IMG/VR virus record: IMGVR_UViG_3300046787_000345
Location: 1-64,000 of that record
Length of the DNA: 64,000 nucleotides
Strand: one strand, 5' to 3'
From: a virus
The notes under the pieces were generated by a model. It saw only the letters and a program-made list of their open reading frames with translations, was not told the origin of the DNA and searched no databases. Below are positions 47,893 through 57,240 of this stretch, piece after piece. Made by a program: the position numbers and the translations under genes. Position 1 is the first letter of the stretch; the number at the start of each line of letters is the position of its first letter.

Positions 47893-48591
47893 TTATTTAT
47901 TTAATACTTCTAATAACTTATGAGTTTTTTTTGTTTCATCATTCATTTTACCGATATGACAAGAACATGCTAGAACTGATACTTTTTCTAATTCCATATC
48001 ACTTTCTTTAGCTAAGAATTTACCCATCTCAACTAATGCAGTATAATCTGCATAACCTGATTTAGATACTCTATTTGAACGAATAATTGATGTCAGATAA
48101 ATTTTACCATTACGAGGTTTGATATCAATTGCTAACATACAAGGTTGTGAATATGGATTTCTTGCATCTCTGCTTGGGTCAAAGATAATTAATTCACATC
48201 TCTTAACTGCTTTACCAGTCTTTAAGATTTTAATTACATTTTCTACCTGATTGAATGTTCCTTGCCATGCAACCATTCTACCCCAATATGAATCACTCCA
48301 TTTATCTTTAATAAATTTATATTCCAATCCTTCTTCTGCTGCAAAGAATGGACTATCTGAAACGTGTGGTTGTGGTTCTAAAAATGTTACTGTCTTTGCA
48401 TAATCAATTCTATCATCACCCATAATTTCTCTAAAATGTGGGTCAAACCAATCATCAGATTCAAACTTTGTGATTTCAGTCATCACATTTAGTTCTTCGG
48501 TTAAATCACCTACTTTTACTCCATTTGCAATAAGGTGTTTAGATACCTTTACCCATGCATCGCCGGGGGATGTTGCTTCTATTACTGTCAT
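47893..48591 (-). CDS. Divergent thymidylate-synthase-fold enzyme (dCMP-hydroxymethylase-like Asp)
   Basis: YWGR, NQVENV, PC catalytic Cys, RSNR, GYAD, SCHIG. Confidence 0.75.
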   Translation of the reverse strand: MTVIEATSPGDAWVKVSKHLIANGVKVGDLTEELNVMTEITKFESDDWFDPHFREIMGDDRIDYAKTVTFLEPQPHVSDSPFFAAEEGLEYKFIKDKWSDSYWGRMVAWQGTFNQVENVIKILKTGKAVKRCELIIFDPSRDARNPYSQPCMLAIDIKPRNGKIYLTSIIRSNRVSKSGYADYTALVEMGKFLAKESDMELEKVSVLACSCHIGKMNDETKKTHKLLEVLNK

Positions 48592-48602
48592 ATGTGTTTA
48601 TT

Positions 48603-49835
48603 TTATAATTTACGCCAGACCCATACAGGTTCACCAAACGTTTTATCTTTTGCTTCTTCGTTCTTTTTCAATTCCTCTTCGGAATATCTTTCTTCATCAC
48701 CATCTATAATCATCCCTGCCCCTGCAGAACCCGGTCTTTTAGCCATTTCCATACCCAAACACCCCTCGTAGTGTGCACCGTCTAGAGTGGAAATAAAATC
48801 GTTCATAGGATTAGTGATTTCTTGTTGACCTTTACCATCACCTTTCGATGATGCATACACATCGGCAATGTTTATAGCCAAATATCCACCTTTAGCGATA
48901 GTAGGCCAAACATTAGCGATTGTCTTATGTAAAAAGTTTTTATTCCAATCATCAATTGTTTTATATCTAATCCAACTTTGAGTGTCATCATATGAATAAC
49001 GTTCTACGTTAAAATAAGGTGGTGAACTGAATACAATATCGAAGTATTCTTTATATTCACTCAAATCCAAATCTTCTGCTGGAGATTCATAGAATGTTGA
49101 TTTCTTTTCCGTTTCGAAGAACCCATTGTTCTTCTCATAGAAATCTGCTTGTTGTCTATAAATTGGATGATTTTCTTTACGAGGGTCAATACCTACATAA
49201 TGCTCACCATGCTCGGATGCATAAAATCCACATAATCTATCACCCCATCCTGCTGAAATATCTAATACGTTTTTTGCTTCTACAAAATCGTATAATACTT
49301 TAGCAACGTTTGGTTTAAATTGTGAACAAATGTATTTTCGTAGGGATAGACACGTTCGTAAAGTATTCTTACTAACCTCATCGAATTTTAATGTATACAT
49401 TCCACCCATAAGGGAGAACATAAAATCTGGATTATTCCAAGTACGATAAGGACCAGGTGAAACTGTGCCATCAACACTCCATCTATTTGCTTGTTGGAAA
49501 TAGTTTGATGCTGGATTACCTGTATTTATTCTACGAACAAATTGTTGTTTTCCTTGAAATGTTAGTGGGTATTTGGATTCGGTTGCTTTTCGAGGCACCC
49601 ATTCTCCTTCAGTAAATAATTCATGCCAACGAAATCCTTTTAGTTTAAGGTATTCTTTTCTGGCTTCTTCTTCAGTAATATCTGCATATGGAATTTCGTA
49701 TGTTGCTGCTACTTTTGCTAAAGATTCTTTTACATCTTCTCTATCAAAAGTTCTTTTAATATACTCCCATTCTTCATTACCGATAAAGAGATATGGTGTC
49801 ATACCATAAAACTTATCAAAATATTCTAAATACAT
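48603..49835 (-). CDS. SAM-dependent amino-methyltransferase-like protein, paralog of 40554-42191
   Basis: SQFKP, LDISAGWGDR, FSSPPYFNVERY, EPVWVW. Confidence 0.8.
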   Translation of the reverse strand: MYLEYFDKFYGMTPYLFIGNEEWEYIKRTFDREDVKESLAKVAATYEIPYADITEEEARKEYLKLKGFRWHELFTEGEWVPRKATESKYPLTFQGKQQFVRRINTGNPASNYFQQANRWSVDGTVSPGPYRTWNNPDFMFSLMGGMYTLKFDEVSKNTLRTCLSLRKYICSQFKPNVAKVLYDFVEAKNVLDISAGWGDRLCGFYASEHGEHYVGIDPRKENHPIYRQQADFYEKNNGFFETEKKSTFYESPAEDLDLSEYKEYFDIVFSSPPYFNVERYSYDDTQSWIRYKTIDDWNKNFLHKTIANVWPTIAKGGYLAINIADVYASSKGDGKGQQEITNPMNDFISTLDGAHYEGCLGMEMAKRPGSAGAGMIIDGDEERYSEEELKKNEEAKDKTFGEPVWVWRKL

Positions 49836-49859
49836 AACCTTTTATTCTTTTATATTTTA

Positions 49860-49891
49860 CAAAGATACGAAAAATATTTCGTATTTCCAAA
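49860..49891 (-). promoter_or_regulatory. Bacteroidota sigma-A-type promoter for the modification operon
   Basis: TTTG-N20-TATCTTTG. Confidence 0.75.
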
Positions 49892-50077
49892 TTAAATGTG
49901 TGTCCAAGTGTGACGTTTTACGATTTCCTCAACATTCCATTTACTAACTTTAAAGTTTCTAGCGATAACGTTAGTAGAGAACCCTTGTTTAAAGAGTTCT
50001 CTAATTATCCTAACTTGTTCGTTTGTAAGTTTTGCTTTCGGATGATTTTCACCACACCTTTTATTTGATACACTCAT
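49892..50077 (-). CDS. Stand-alone HTH like the C-terminal DNA-binding domain of HNH homing endonucleases
   Basis: GENHPKAKLT..QV..IR, IARNFKVS, TWTHI; no nuclease domain. Confidence 0.6.
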   Translation of the reverse strand: MSVSNKRCGENHPKAKLTNEQVRIIRELFKQGFSTNVIARNFKVSKWNVEEIVKRHTWTHI

Positions 50078-50324
50078 TTAATGCGTTTACATAAGTCATT
50101 TTAGAACTCATTCCAGTGAATCGTTCTATTTCCTTACCATCTTGTTCAATGATAACAGTTGGTACGGAACGTATTCCATATTTAGTTGCTTCATCATACG
50201 CAACATCAACATCATAATCCTCAAATGTTACATTTGGGAATTGTCCTTTTACTTCGTTTATTACTGGTGCCAATGCTTTACATGGACCACACCATGCTGC
50301 TGAGAATTTTTTTAATGTTATCAT
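50061..50324 (-). CDS. trxA: Thioredoxin
   Basis: WCGPC, IRSVPT. Confidence 0.92.
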   Translation of the reverse strand: MITLKKFSAAWCGPCKALAPVINEVKGQFPNVTFEDYDVDVAYDEATKYGIRSVPTVIIEQDGKEIERFTGMSSKMTYVNALNECIK

Positions 50325-50342
50325 CTTTTGTTTTCTTTTATT

Positions 50343-52124
50343 TTATCCATCACAACTTAAACATTCAGGGTCCATTGCTTTTGTTGCAATGTCACCTCTC
50401 AATACGGATTCAGTTCTCATATAGTATAATGTTTTTACACCTTGTTTCCAAGCTTCTAATGTTACCTGATTAATCCATTTTGGTTCTGCAATTGCAGGAA
50501 ATGCTAAGTTTAATGAAACTGATTGGTCAATATATTGTTGTCTAATTCCTGCTTGTCTTACTAAATCTAACTGATTGATTTCTTTAAATGTTTTGAATAC
50601 ATCTTTAACATTAAATGTTTTGTGTTTATCTTCGGTTGAAATTTCCGAACATAAAACTACCTTACCATTTACGAAACACCAATTATCCAATTCAGCGATA
50701 TCTTGTATAGAACCCCCATCTGCAAGAATTTTATCCCAAGTTTCTTTTGTGTTTATACCAACTTTCTTTAATATTTTTTCTAATTCAGAATTTCTTCTAA
50801 TGAAAGTTCCTTTTGATGTTTGTTCGGTAAATACATTTGCAGCCCAAGGCTCAATACCGGAACTAACATCTCCACTCAATTTGGAATTAGAAACTGTTGG
50901 TGCGATTGCTCTTAGGTGAGTATTACGGAATCCACTATCTTTACACCATAATGGTTCACCATATTCAGATGCCATATCTCTACTTGCTTGCTCTGATTCA
51001 ATTTTCATTTGAGAGAAAATCTTACGAGTTTCAAATTGAGCAGTCATACCTTCGAATGGAATACCTCTTTGTTGTAAATAAGTGTGCCATCCTAATACAC
51101 CTAATCCCAATGCTCTACCTTTTTCTGCTGAACGAACTGAATTCTCAAATCCTTTCATATTCTTTGCTTTCTGAATGAACTCTGAAAGAACACCATCTAA
51201 GAAATACGTTGCTGTATAAATTAAATCCGTATCTTTCCATTCATCATACTTTGCTAAGTTTAATGAAGATAAACAACATACAAATGAATGTGATTCATCG
51301 GTATGTAATGTGATTTCAGAACATATATTAGTCATAAACACCTTCAATCCATTTTGTTTGTACATTGATGGATTTTGTTTGTTTACATTACCCTTAAACA
51401 TAATATAGGGTTCACCTGTTGCTTTTCTTTTTTGTAAAAGTTTAGACCACTTTCTACGAGCATCTTCATCACCATCTTGTAGTTTTCTCATAAACTTATC
51501 ACCAACCACTGCACATTGATGAAGATTTAAACATTGACGATTAACATCACCCTTCGGTTCTCTAATCTCCAACCAATCTTCAAAATCTTTATGTTCGATG
51601 TTTAAGTTTACTGATGCTGCACCTCTTCGTACTGAACCTTGATTTGTTGCAAGGATTGTAGAATCGTATATCTTTGCAAATGGTACGATTCCATCTGATG
51701 TACCATTACCGGTAATCATTGAACCTGCTGGTCTGATTTGGTTTATTCCAATACCAACACCACCACCATGTTTTGCCAATAACATTAACTCTAAGTTTTT
51801 GTTACCAATATCAAAGATTGAATCTGCAACATCAATACCAAAACAAGATATAGGTAAACCTCTATCAGTGCCGGTATTTGATAATACAGGAGTTGCTAAA
51901 CATAACCAACCACGCCAGATGTAATCGAAGAATTTCGAAGCAAGTTGTGGTTTGTTCAAACGTTGTGCAACCTTTGTAGAAACTCTCCAATATGCATCTT
52001 TTGGTGTTTCACCGGGTAGTAAGTAACCTTTGGATATAGTTTTTATATATACCTCCGTATTACCCCACTCTGGAAAATCGACACCTAATTCCCAACCCAA
52101 ATCTTCTGCGTTATTTTTTGCCAT
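50343..52124 (-). CDS. nrdA: Class Ia ribonucleotide reductase alpha subunit (no ATP cone)
   Basis: ATPVLSN, SCF, TNICSEI, APTVS, KTLYY, C-terminal CLSC. Confidence 0.93.
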   Translation of the reverse strand: MAKNNAEDLGWELGVDFPEWGNTEVYIKTISKGYLLPGETPKDAYWRVSTKVAQRLNKPQLASKFFDYIWRGWLCLATPVLSNTGTDRGLPISCFGIDVADSIFDIGNKNLELMLLAKHGGGVGIGINQIRPAGSMITGNGTSDGIVPFAKIYDSTILATNQGSVRRGAASVNLNIEHKDFEDWLEIREPKGDVNRQCLNLHQCAVVGDKFMRKLQDGDEDARRKWSKLLQKRKATGEPYIMFKGNVNKQNPSMYKQNGLKVFMTNICSEITLHTDESHSFVCCLSSLNLAKYDEWKDTDLIYTATYFLDGVLSEFIQKAKNMKGFENSVRSAEKGRALGLGVLGWHTYLQQRGIPFEGMTAQFETRKIFSQMKIESEQASRDMASEYGEPLWCKDSGFRNTHLRAIAPTVSNSKLSGDVSSGIEPWAANVFTEQTSKGTFIRRNSELEKILKKVGINTKETWDKILADGGSIQDIAELDNWCFVNGKVVLCSEISTEDKHKTFNVKDVFKTFKEINQLDLVRQAGIRQQYIDQSVSLNLAFPAIAEPKWINQVTLEAWKQGVKTLYYMRTESVLRGDIATKAMDPECLSCDG

Positions 52125-52140
52125 AATTTACTTTCTATTT

Positions 52141-53154
52141 TTAAAATATATCTCCCCAATCTTCACCTTCTCCTGCTTTTGAATAATCAGTTGGTCTGAT
52201 TGCAAAGAAATCGGTGTGAGTTAAACCACCTGTCAAATGGTAGAACCAATCTAATTCGGATGCAGAATCTACATCGAATGGGAAATAATCATCCCCACCG
52301 GGGATTGGATTGTATCCTAACTCTGCTAATTTTTCATTAACACGTTTTACGATAAAGTTTTTTAAATCTTCTTTTCTAAGATTTTCTAAATCACCTCTTT
52401 CAAACATTTTATCAATAAATTTATGTTCTAAATCAATGATAAGTTTTCCTGCTTCGTAAATTGATGATTTAGCTTCTTCTAATAGTTCTGGGAATTCTTC
52501 ACACATATGTCTGAATAATTGACAACCCATTCTACTATGAAGTGATTCATCTCTTACACTCCATTTCATTTGTTGACCAATTCCTTTTAACTTATTTCTC
52601 ATTTGAAATGAGTAAAGAACTGCAAATGATGAATATAGAGATACTCCTTCCGAAAATGCTGAGAATATTGCCAAACTTCTGGCAACTTCCCTTCTTGCAA
52701 TAGGATTGGTATCCAAATCTTTTGGTGTCCAATCTGCAGTGGTTTCGGTTAGCAAAGTAAACTTCTCTGCAATAGCAGGTTCGTGCAAGAATGCAGAGAA
52801 GTCATCTAAGCCTAATGTTTCATTCAGATATGAATATGCAGTAGCATGAATAGTTTCTTGCGAACCAAACATCATTGCCATTTGTCTTATTTCATGTTTT
52901 GGAAACCACTTGGTAACCATACCAGTCCAATAATCACTCACAGCACATTCCGTTTGGGCAAACCCTAAAAGAATATTACCAACTAAATGTTTTTCAGATT
53001 CAGTAAGATTTTCATTCCAATCTTTGATATCACCTTGCATTGGAATTTCAGTATGTAACCAAAAAGCTTGTGCTTGTTTCAACCAACCCTCCGTATAATA
53101 GTCAGGAAATTCGAATGGTTTGAAAGGTACTCTTTCAGTAAATAGTTTGCTCAT
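52141..53154 (-). CDS. nrdB: Ribonucleotide reductase beta subunit
   Basis: W...E, ETIHATAY, EGVSLYSSF, RDESLH, DFF. Confidence 0.93.
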   Translation of the reverse strand: MSKLFTERVPFKPFEFPDYYTEGWLKQAQAFWLHTEIPMQGDIKDWNENLTESEKHLVGNILLGFAQTECAVSDYWTGMVTKWFPKHEIRQMAMMFGSQETIHATAYSYLNETLGLDDFSAFLHEPAIAEKFTLLTETTADWTPKDLDTNPIARREVARSLAIFSAFSEGVSLYSSFAVLYSFQMRNKLKGIGQQMKWSVRDESLHSRMGCQLFRHMCEEFPELLEEAKSSIYEAGKLIIDLEHKFIDKMFERGDLENLRKEDLKNFIVKRVNEKLAELGYNPIPGGDDYFPFDVDSASELDWFYHLTGGLTHTDFFAIRPTDYSKAGEGEDWGDIF

Positions 53155-53163
53155 CGTTATAAT

Positions 53164-53334
53164 TTATTTTGCTTCTTCTACTGATTGTTTTCTATATTCT
53201 GTAATAAGTTTTTTTAGTTCACCAATTGCTTTTCTTGCTCTTGACTTTGCTGCTTTTGTTGTTCCGTTGTGTTCGGTTTCAAATTGAACGAATAAATCCT
53301 TCATTTGTTCAAATAATTCTTGTGAATTTGCCAT
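53164..53334 (-). CDS. Histone H1-like Hc1-family small basic protein (56 aa)
   Basis: Not in track; manual translation MANSQELFEQMKDLFVQFETEHNGTTKAAKSRARKAIGELKKLITEYRKQSVEEAK. Confidence 0.7.
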   Translation of the reverse strand: MANSQELFEQMKDLFVQFETEHNGTTKAAKSRARKAIGELKKLITEYRKQSVEEAK

Positions 53335-53492
53335 AAATTTTTATTTTTTAAATTAAACATACCCAACCCAGAATGGAGTTGGTGAGTATAACTATTGTAT
53401 ATATTGAAAAACGAAATAGAATTTTTAATAATTTTTTTTATCTTTTTTATTATCCCATATTAACCCAATAGAATCTCTTTATTATAATATAG

Positions 53493-54851
53493 TTACCCCA
53501 TATTTTCTACATACTTCTTATGAAGTAATTGTTTTTGAACTAATTGTCCATTGGCAGATTCTTTCGTAGCCATAATACCATCTGATGATGAAGCATCATA
53601 AACTTCGATAAATCCGGTATTAGTATCCATCTTACATGGGAACGTAATTCCATCTGGCCCGAATCTATTTTTCATAACGTGAGCTCTTGCAGTATTGTTC
53701 AATTTATCTTTTGATTTTCTACTCCAACTCATAATGAAATCTGCGTTCATAACCTTTGCATATGAATCTGCAATCTTATCTGCCTCAATTACATCGGAAT
53801 CAATCGCAGAACGATTGGTTTGTGATGCAGTCCAGACAGGGATTCTTAGTTCACCACCCATTCCTCTAAGGTCAATATATACACCTCCTTGTTCAGCATA
53901 AGTGGAATCAGTTTTGTTCGAATGTGATAGTAATAAATCAGCATAATCTACAATGATTAAATCAGGTTTATTTCCTGCAGCAATCATCTTTTCAATATGT
54001 AGTTGTAATTTCTTAACCGATACACCTTTTGGTGGGTAGTATTTGATAAGTAACTTACCTTTTAATCCACCTATTTTATGTCTAACCTCGTCTCTCTTAT
54101 CTTTTAAGTCAGCAGAAGGAATGTGAGTAAAAACAGTATCATATCTAGCACCTACATAGTGTTCGGATAATTCCATTGTGTAGTGAACTACACTTAAACC
54201 AGCTCTAACAGCAGATGCACCTAATGCAGTTAGAATCCAAGTCTTACCAACACCTGATGGTGCAACTACTACTCCCAATTCACCTGGTCCTAAACCACCA
54301 TCCATTAAATCCGTAATTGGTTTCCAATCGGTTGGGACAGTATCTCGTTTAACATCAGTTGCACGGTCTTCGTAATCCAAAATGTAATCGTGACCTAAAT
54401 CATTTTCTACACCAACTTTCATTGCTTTATCAACCAAATCTTTGATTTTATCAAAGTTACCTGCTTTCAATAAATCTACTGATTGTAGAATTACCTGTTT
54501 TAGATTTTGGTTTTTACAAAACGATGAAAATTCGTTTTTGATATAATCGGAATCAACATTACCTACTTGAGTATAGACGTGACGTAATTGTTCTATTATA
54601 GTAGTTTCTAATCCCTTATTCTCTAATTTTGATATCCGTACCTTAAAAACATCCAATGATGGTGTTTTTTTGTACTCATTATGGTATGATAATATCTCAC
54701 CTACTATCCATTTATTAGCATCCGATTCAAAGAATTTAGGAGTAACAATTTCAGATATTTGGTCTAAGAATTTTTCATCAGTTAGTAACGCAGATACAAC
54801 TTTTGATTGAAAGGATTGCCCATACTTCGCTAAGTTGTCTATCTCTTGCAT
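53493..54851 (-). CDS. Replicative DnaB/gp41-like helicase
   Basis: APSGVGKT, TMEL, IVDYAD, TASQTNR, KNRFG. Confidence 0.9.
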   Translation of the reverse strand: MQEIDNLAKYGQSFQSKVVSALLTDEKFLDQISEIVTPKFFESDANKWIVGEILSYHNEYKKTPSLDVFKVRISKLENKGLETTIIEQLRHVYTQVGNVDSDYIKNEFSSFCKNQNLKQVILQSVDLLKAGNFDKIKDLVDKAMKVGVENDLGHDYILDYEDRATDVKRDTVPTDWKPITDLMDGGLGPGELGVVVAPSGVGKTWILTALGASAVRAGLSVVHYTMELSEHYVGARYDTVFTHIPSADLKDKRDEVRHKIGGLKGKLLIKYYPPKGVSVKKLQLHIEKMIAAGNKPDLIIVDYADLLLSHSNKTDSTYAEQGGVYIDLRGMGGELRIPVWTASQTNRSAIDSDVIEADKIADSYAKVMNADFIMSWSRKSKDKLNNTARAHVMKNRFGPDGITFPCKMDTNTGFIEVYDASSSDGIMATKESANGQLVQKQLLHKKYVENMG

Positions 54852-55024
54852 TATTTATCCTCGTTTACTACTTTTTGAACTCTTGTTGCTGATTTCCATT
54901 CTGATTTAGGACAGAATCCCCATACACCAGTACTCACTTTTGAATCAGCTTCATTATTACCTACTCTACGAATAGTTCCTAATTTATTGTCTTTTGTTTC
55001 TTTGATTACTTTAATACACTTCAT
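54851..55024 (-). CDS. Small basic hypothetical protein (57 aa)
   Basis: Not in track; MKCIKVIKETKDNKLGTIRRV...WGFCPKSEWK; stop overlaps helicase ATG. Confidence 0.6.
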   Translation of the reverse strand: MKCIKVIKETKDNKLGTIRRVGNNEADSKVSTGVWGFCPKSEWKSATRVQKVVNEDK

Positions 55025-55047
55025 AGTTTTTCTCCATGTTTAAATTG

Positions 55048-56091
55048 TTAGTTAATTATAATATTTCCAAACGTTCCTTTTAACCAATCGTTTAAATCAC
55101 CAAAGCTATTTGTAACTTTGTACTTTAAACACACTTTCATAAAATCTAATTTATTGAGAGGGTTTAGTGGTTCGTTGAATTTATCCAAAATTTGCATCTT
55201 AATGATTCCACTAATGTCAGGGTCTTTTAACTGCATCAATTCGTGGTTCATTAGGATTTGTTCTTTTGATTCTAAGATATCATTGTATAGTTTGATTTTA
55301 CCCTTCTTTTCTTCACATAAACGTAGTAAATCATCAACAGATAATTCTACCTCCTCAGTCAGTTCAGGAAACCTCTTTACAAGGGTTTTAATACCACATC
55401 CATTAACTCCTGGTATATTATCTGATTTATCACCATCTAAAATACGATAAAGTAATAGGTTTTTGGATTCTAACCCAAATTCATCTTTAATTGCTTTCTT
55501 ATTGTAAATTTTCTTCTTAGTAGGAGACCAAACGATGGTCTTGTCATTTACCAATTGTAGGAAATCCTTATCGGTAGACATTACCACCGCTTGTTCATCC
55601 TCTTTAAGAAGTTGGGTGGCGATATACGCCATAACATCATCTGCTTCAACACCATCATAAATCATAGTAGTTACAGGTAGGTGATGTAACATTTCTGCTA
55701 ACCAAACGAATTGTCTCTTCATTGATTCACGTTCATCTTCAACGTTCATCATTTCAGCATATTGACGATTCACTCTTAATTTGTTAGGGTCTCTGTCTGC
55801 TTTATATCCACTAAATCGTTTTTTACGATTAGCAGAACCACCCTTACCATCGAAAACTACAATAACACGAGTAGGTTGAGTTTGACGGATTGCGTAACCT
55901 ATTGATTTTAATACACCCGTTACACCAGCAACGTGGTCGCCATCTTCATTCATTGTGGGAATGGATGACCAGCAACGGATGAATGTGTTTAATCCATCAA
56001 TTATAAGAACTCTCGAGTTTTTCGTTTTGGTAGAATTACTCGTATATTCTTTCTCTACCGATTCTAAAATGTTTTTGTATATTGCTTTCAA
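55048..56091 (-). CDS. 5'-3' exonuclease / flap endonuclease (T4 RNase H-like)
   Basis: IDGLN, VFDG, YKADR, EADD, STDKDFLQL, GDKSDNIPG. Confidence 0.9.
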   Translation of the reverse strand: MKAIYKNILESVEKEYTSNSTKTKNSRVLIIDGLNTFIRCWSSIPTMNEDGDHVAGVTGVLKSIGYAIRQTQPTRVIVVFDGKGGSANRKKRFSGYKADRDPNKLRVNRQYAEMMNVEDERESMKRQFVWLAEMLHHLPVTTMIYDGVEADDVMAYIATQLLKEDEQAVVMSTDKDFLQLVNDKTIVWSPTKKKIYNKKAIKDEFGLESKNLLLYRILDGDKSDNIPGVNGCGIKTLVKRFPELTEEVELSVDDLLRLCEEKKGKIKLYNDILESKEQILMNHELMQLKDPDISGIIKMQILDKFNEPLNPLNKLDFMKVCLKYKVTNSFGDLNDWLKGTFGNIIIN

Positions 56092-56102
56092 TGCCTTTCT
56101 TT

Positions 56103-57227
56103 TTAGTCATCCATACCAGGACCTGAAACATCTATTTCTAAATCTTCCATGTCAATACCATCGGATTTGTATTGTAAAATTGTAGATTCACAAATCTTTT
56201 TATAAATTTGTTCTCTAACCTCTTCTCTTTCCGTCATCAAAGGAATGAAATCCTTAGATTGGAATTTGATGATTTCACCAGTATCAGTATCAGTATATTC
56301 ATACCATGCACCGGCTTGTTTTACGATTTTATTGTCTTTCATTACGGACAACCACGAACCATAGTTATCAATACCTCTATCAAAGAAGATATCAAAATCT
56401 GCTGCTCTCAATGGTGGACCCATTCGGTTTTTCACAACTTGTGCTCTAACCTTCATTCCAACAATTCTATCGTTACCACCAACTTTAGATTTAATCTGTC
56501 CCATTCCTTTCAAACGTAATCTTACGGATGCGTGGAATGCCAATGCCTTACCACCCGAAGTTGTCCAAGGGTCACCGAATGGCATTGCGTTCATCTTCTG
56601 TCTTAATTGGTTAGTATATACTAATAAGATTTTTTGTCTACCAATCATATTAGTAATCTTTCGCATCGCCTTAGAAATGATGATTGCTTTATCGGTTGCA
56701 TAACCATCTTTACCATAATCAGCTGCCAACTCCGTTTTTGTTGATGCGGCTGCAACTGAATCGGTTACAATTGTTACCAAACGATTTTTATCAGTTTGTC
56801 TAACTTTTTCAATAATGGTTTCAGTAAAATCAAAGATTTGTTCAACTGAATCCGCAGATACATAAAGTAATTTTTTCACATCCACACCGATTGCTTCTAA
56901 AAATTCTCTACTTACTGCTGTTTCAGTATCAATCAATACTGCAACTCCACCTTGTTTCTGCGTTTCCGCAAGTAAGTGGGCTGATAGTAATGATTTACCA
57001 CTTTGTTCTAACCCCGTTACCTCAACAATTCTACCAACTGGCAAACCACCATAAGGACGATTTGAAATCGCTACATCTAGCATTGCACATCCGGTTGATA
57101 CCCATCCCTCAACGTTTGTAGGGGTCGAATCATCATCCAAAAAGAATGCTACCTTTTGGTCTTTTGATTGTTTATTTAGCTCACCCGCTAGGATATCGGC
57201 TAAATCCAATTCTTCTTTTTTTGCCAT
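56103..57227 (-). CDS. recA: RecA/UvsX recombinase
   Basis: GGLPVGRIVE, GLEQSGKS, DSVAA, NQLR, TSGGKALAFHASVRL. Confidence 0.92.
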   Translation of the reverse strand: MAKKEELDLADILAGELNKQSKDQKVAFFLDDDSTPTNVEGWVSTGCAMLDVAISNRPYGGLPVGRIVEVTGLEQSGKSLLSAHLLAETQKQGGVAVLIDTETAVSREFLEAIGVDVKKLLYVSADSVEQIFDFTETIIEKVRQTDKNRLVTIVTDSVAAASTKTELAADYGKDGYATDKAIIISKAMRKITNMIGRQKILLVYTNQLRQKMNAMPFGDPWTTSGGKALAFHASVRLRLKGMGQIKSKVGGNDRIVGMKVRAQVVKNRMGPPLRAADFDIFFDRGIDNYGSWLSVMKDNKIVKQAGAWYEYTDTDTGEIIKFQSKDFIPLMTEREEVREQIYKKICESTILQYKSDGIDMEDLEIDVSGPGMDD

Positions 57228-57240
57228 AAAATGGGTTTAA

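Noticed and set aside
42981-54851. Introns or inteins in polB, nrdA, nrdB or helicase
   Set aside because: ORFs are continuous and of normal length, with no intein or homing-endonuclease insertions visible
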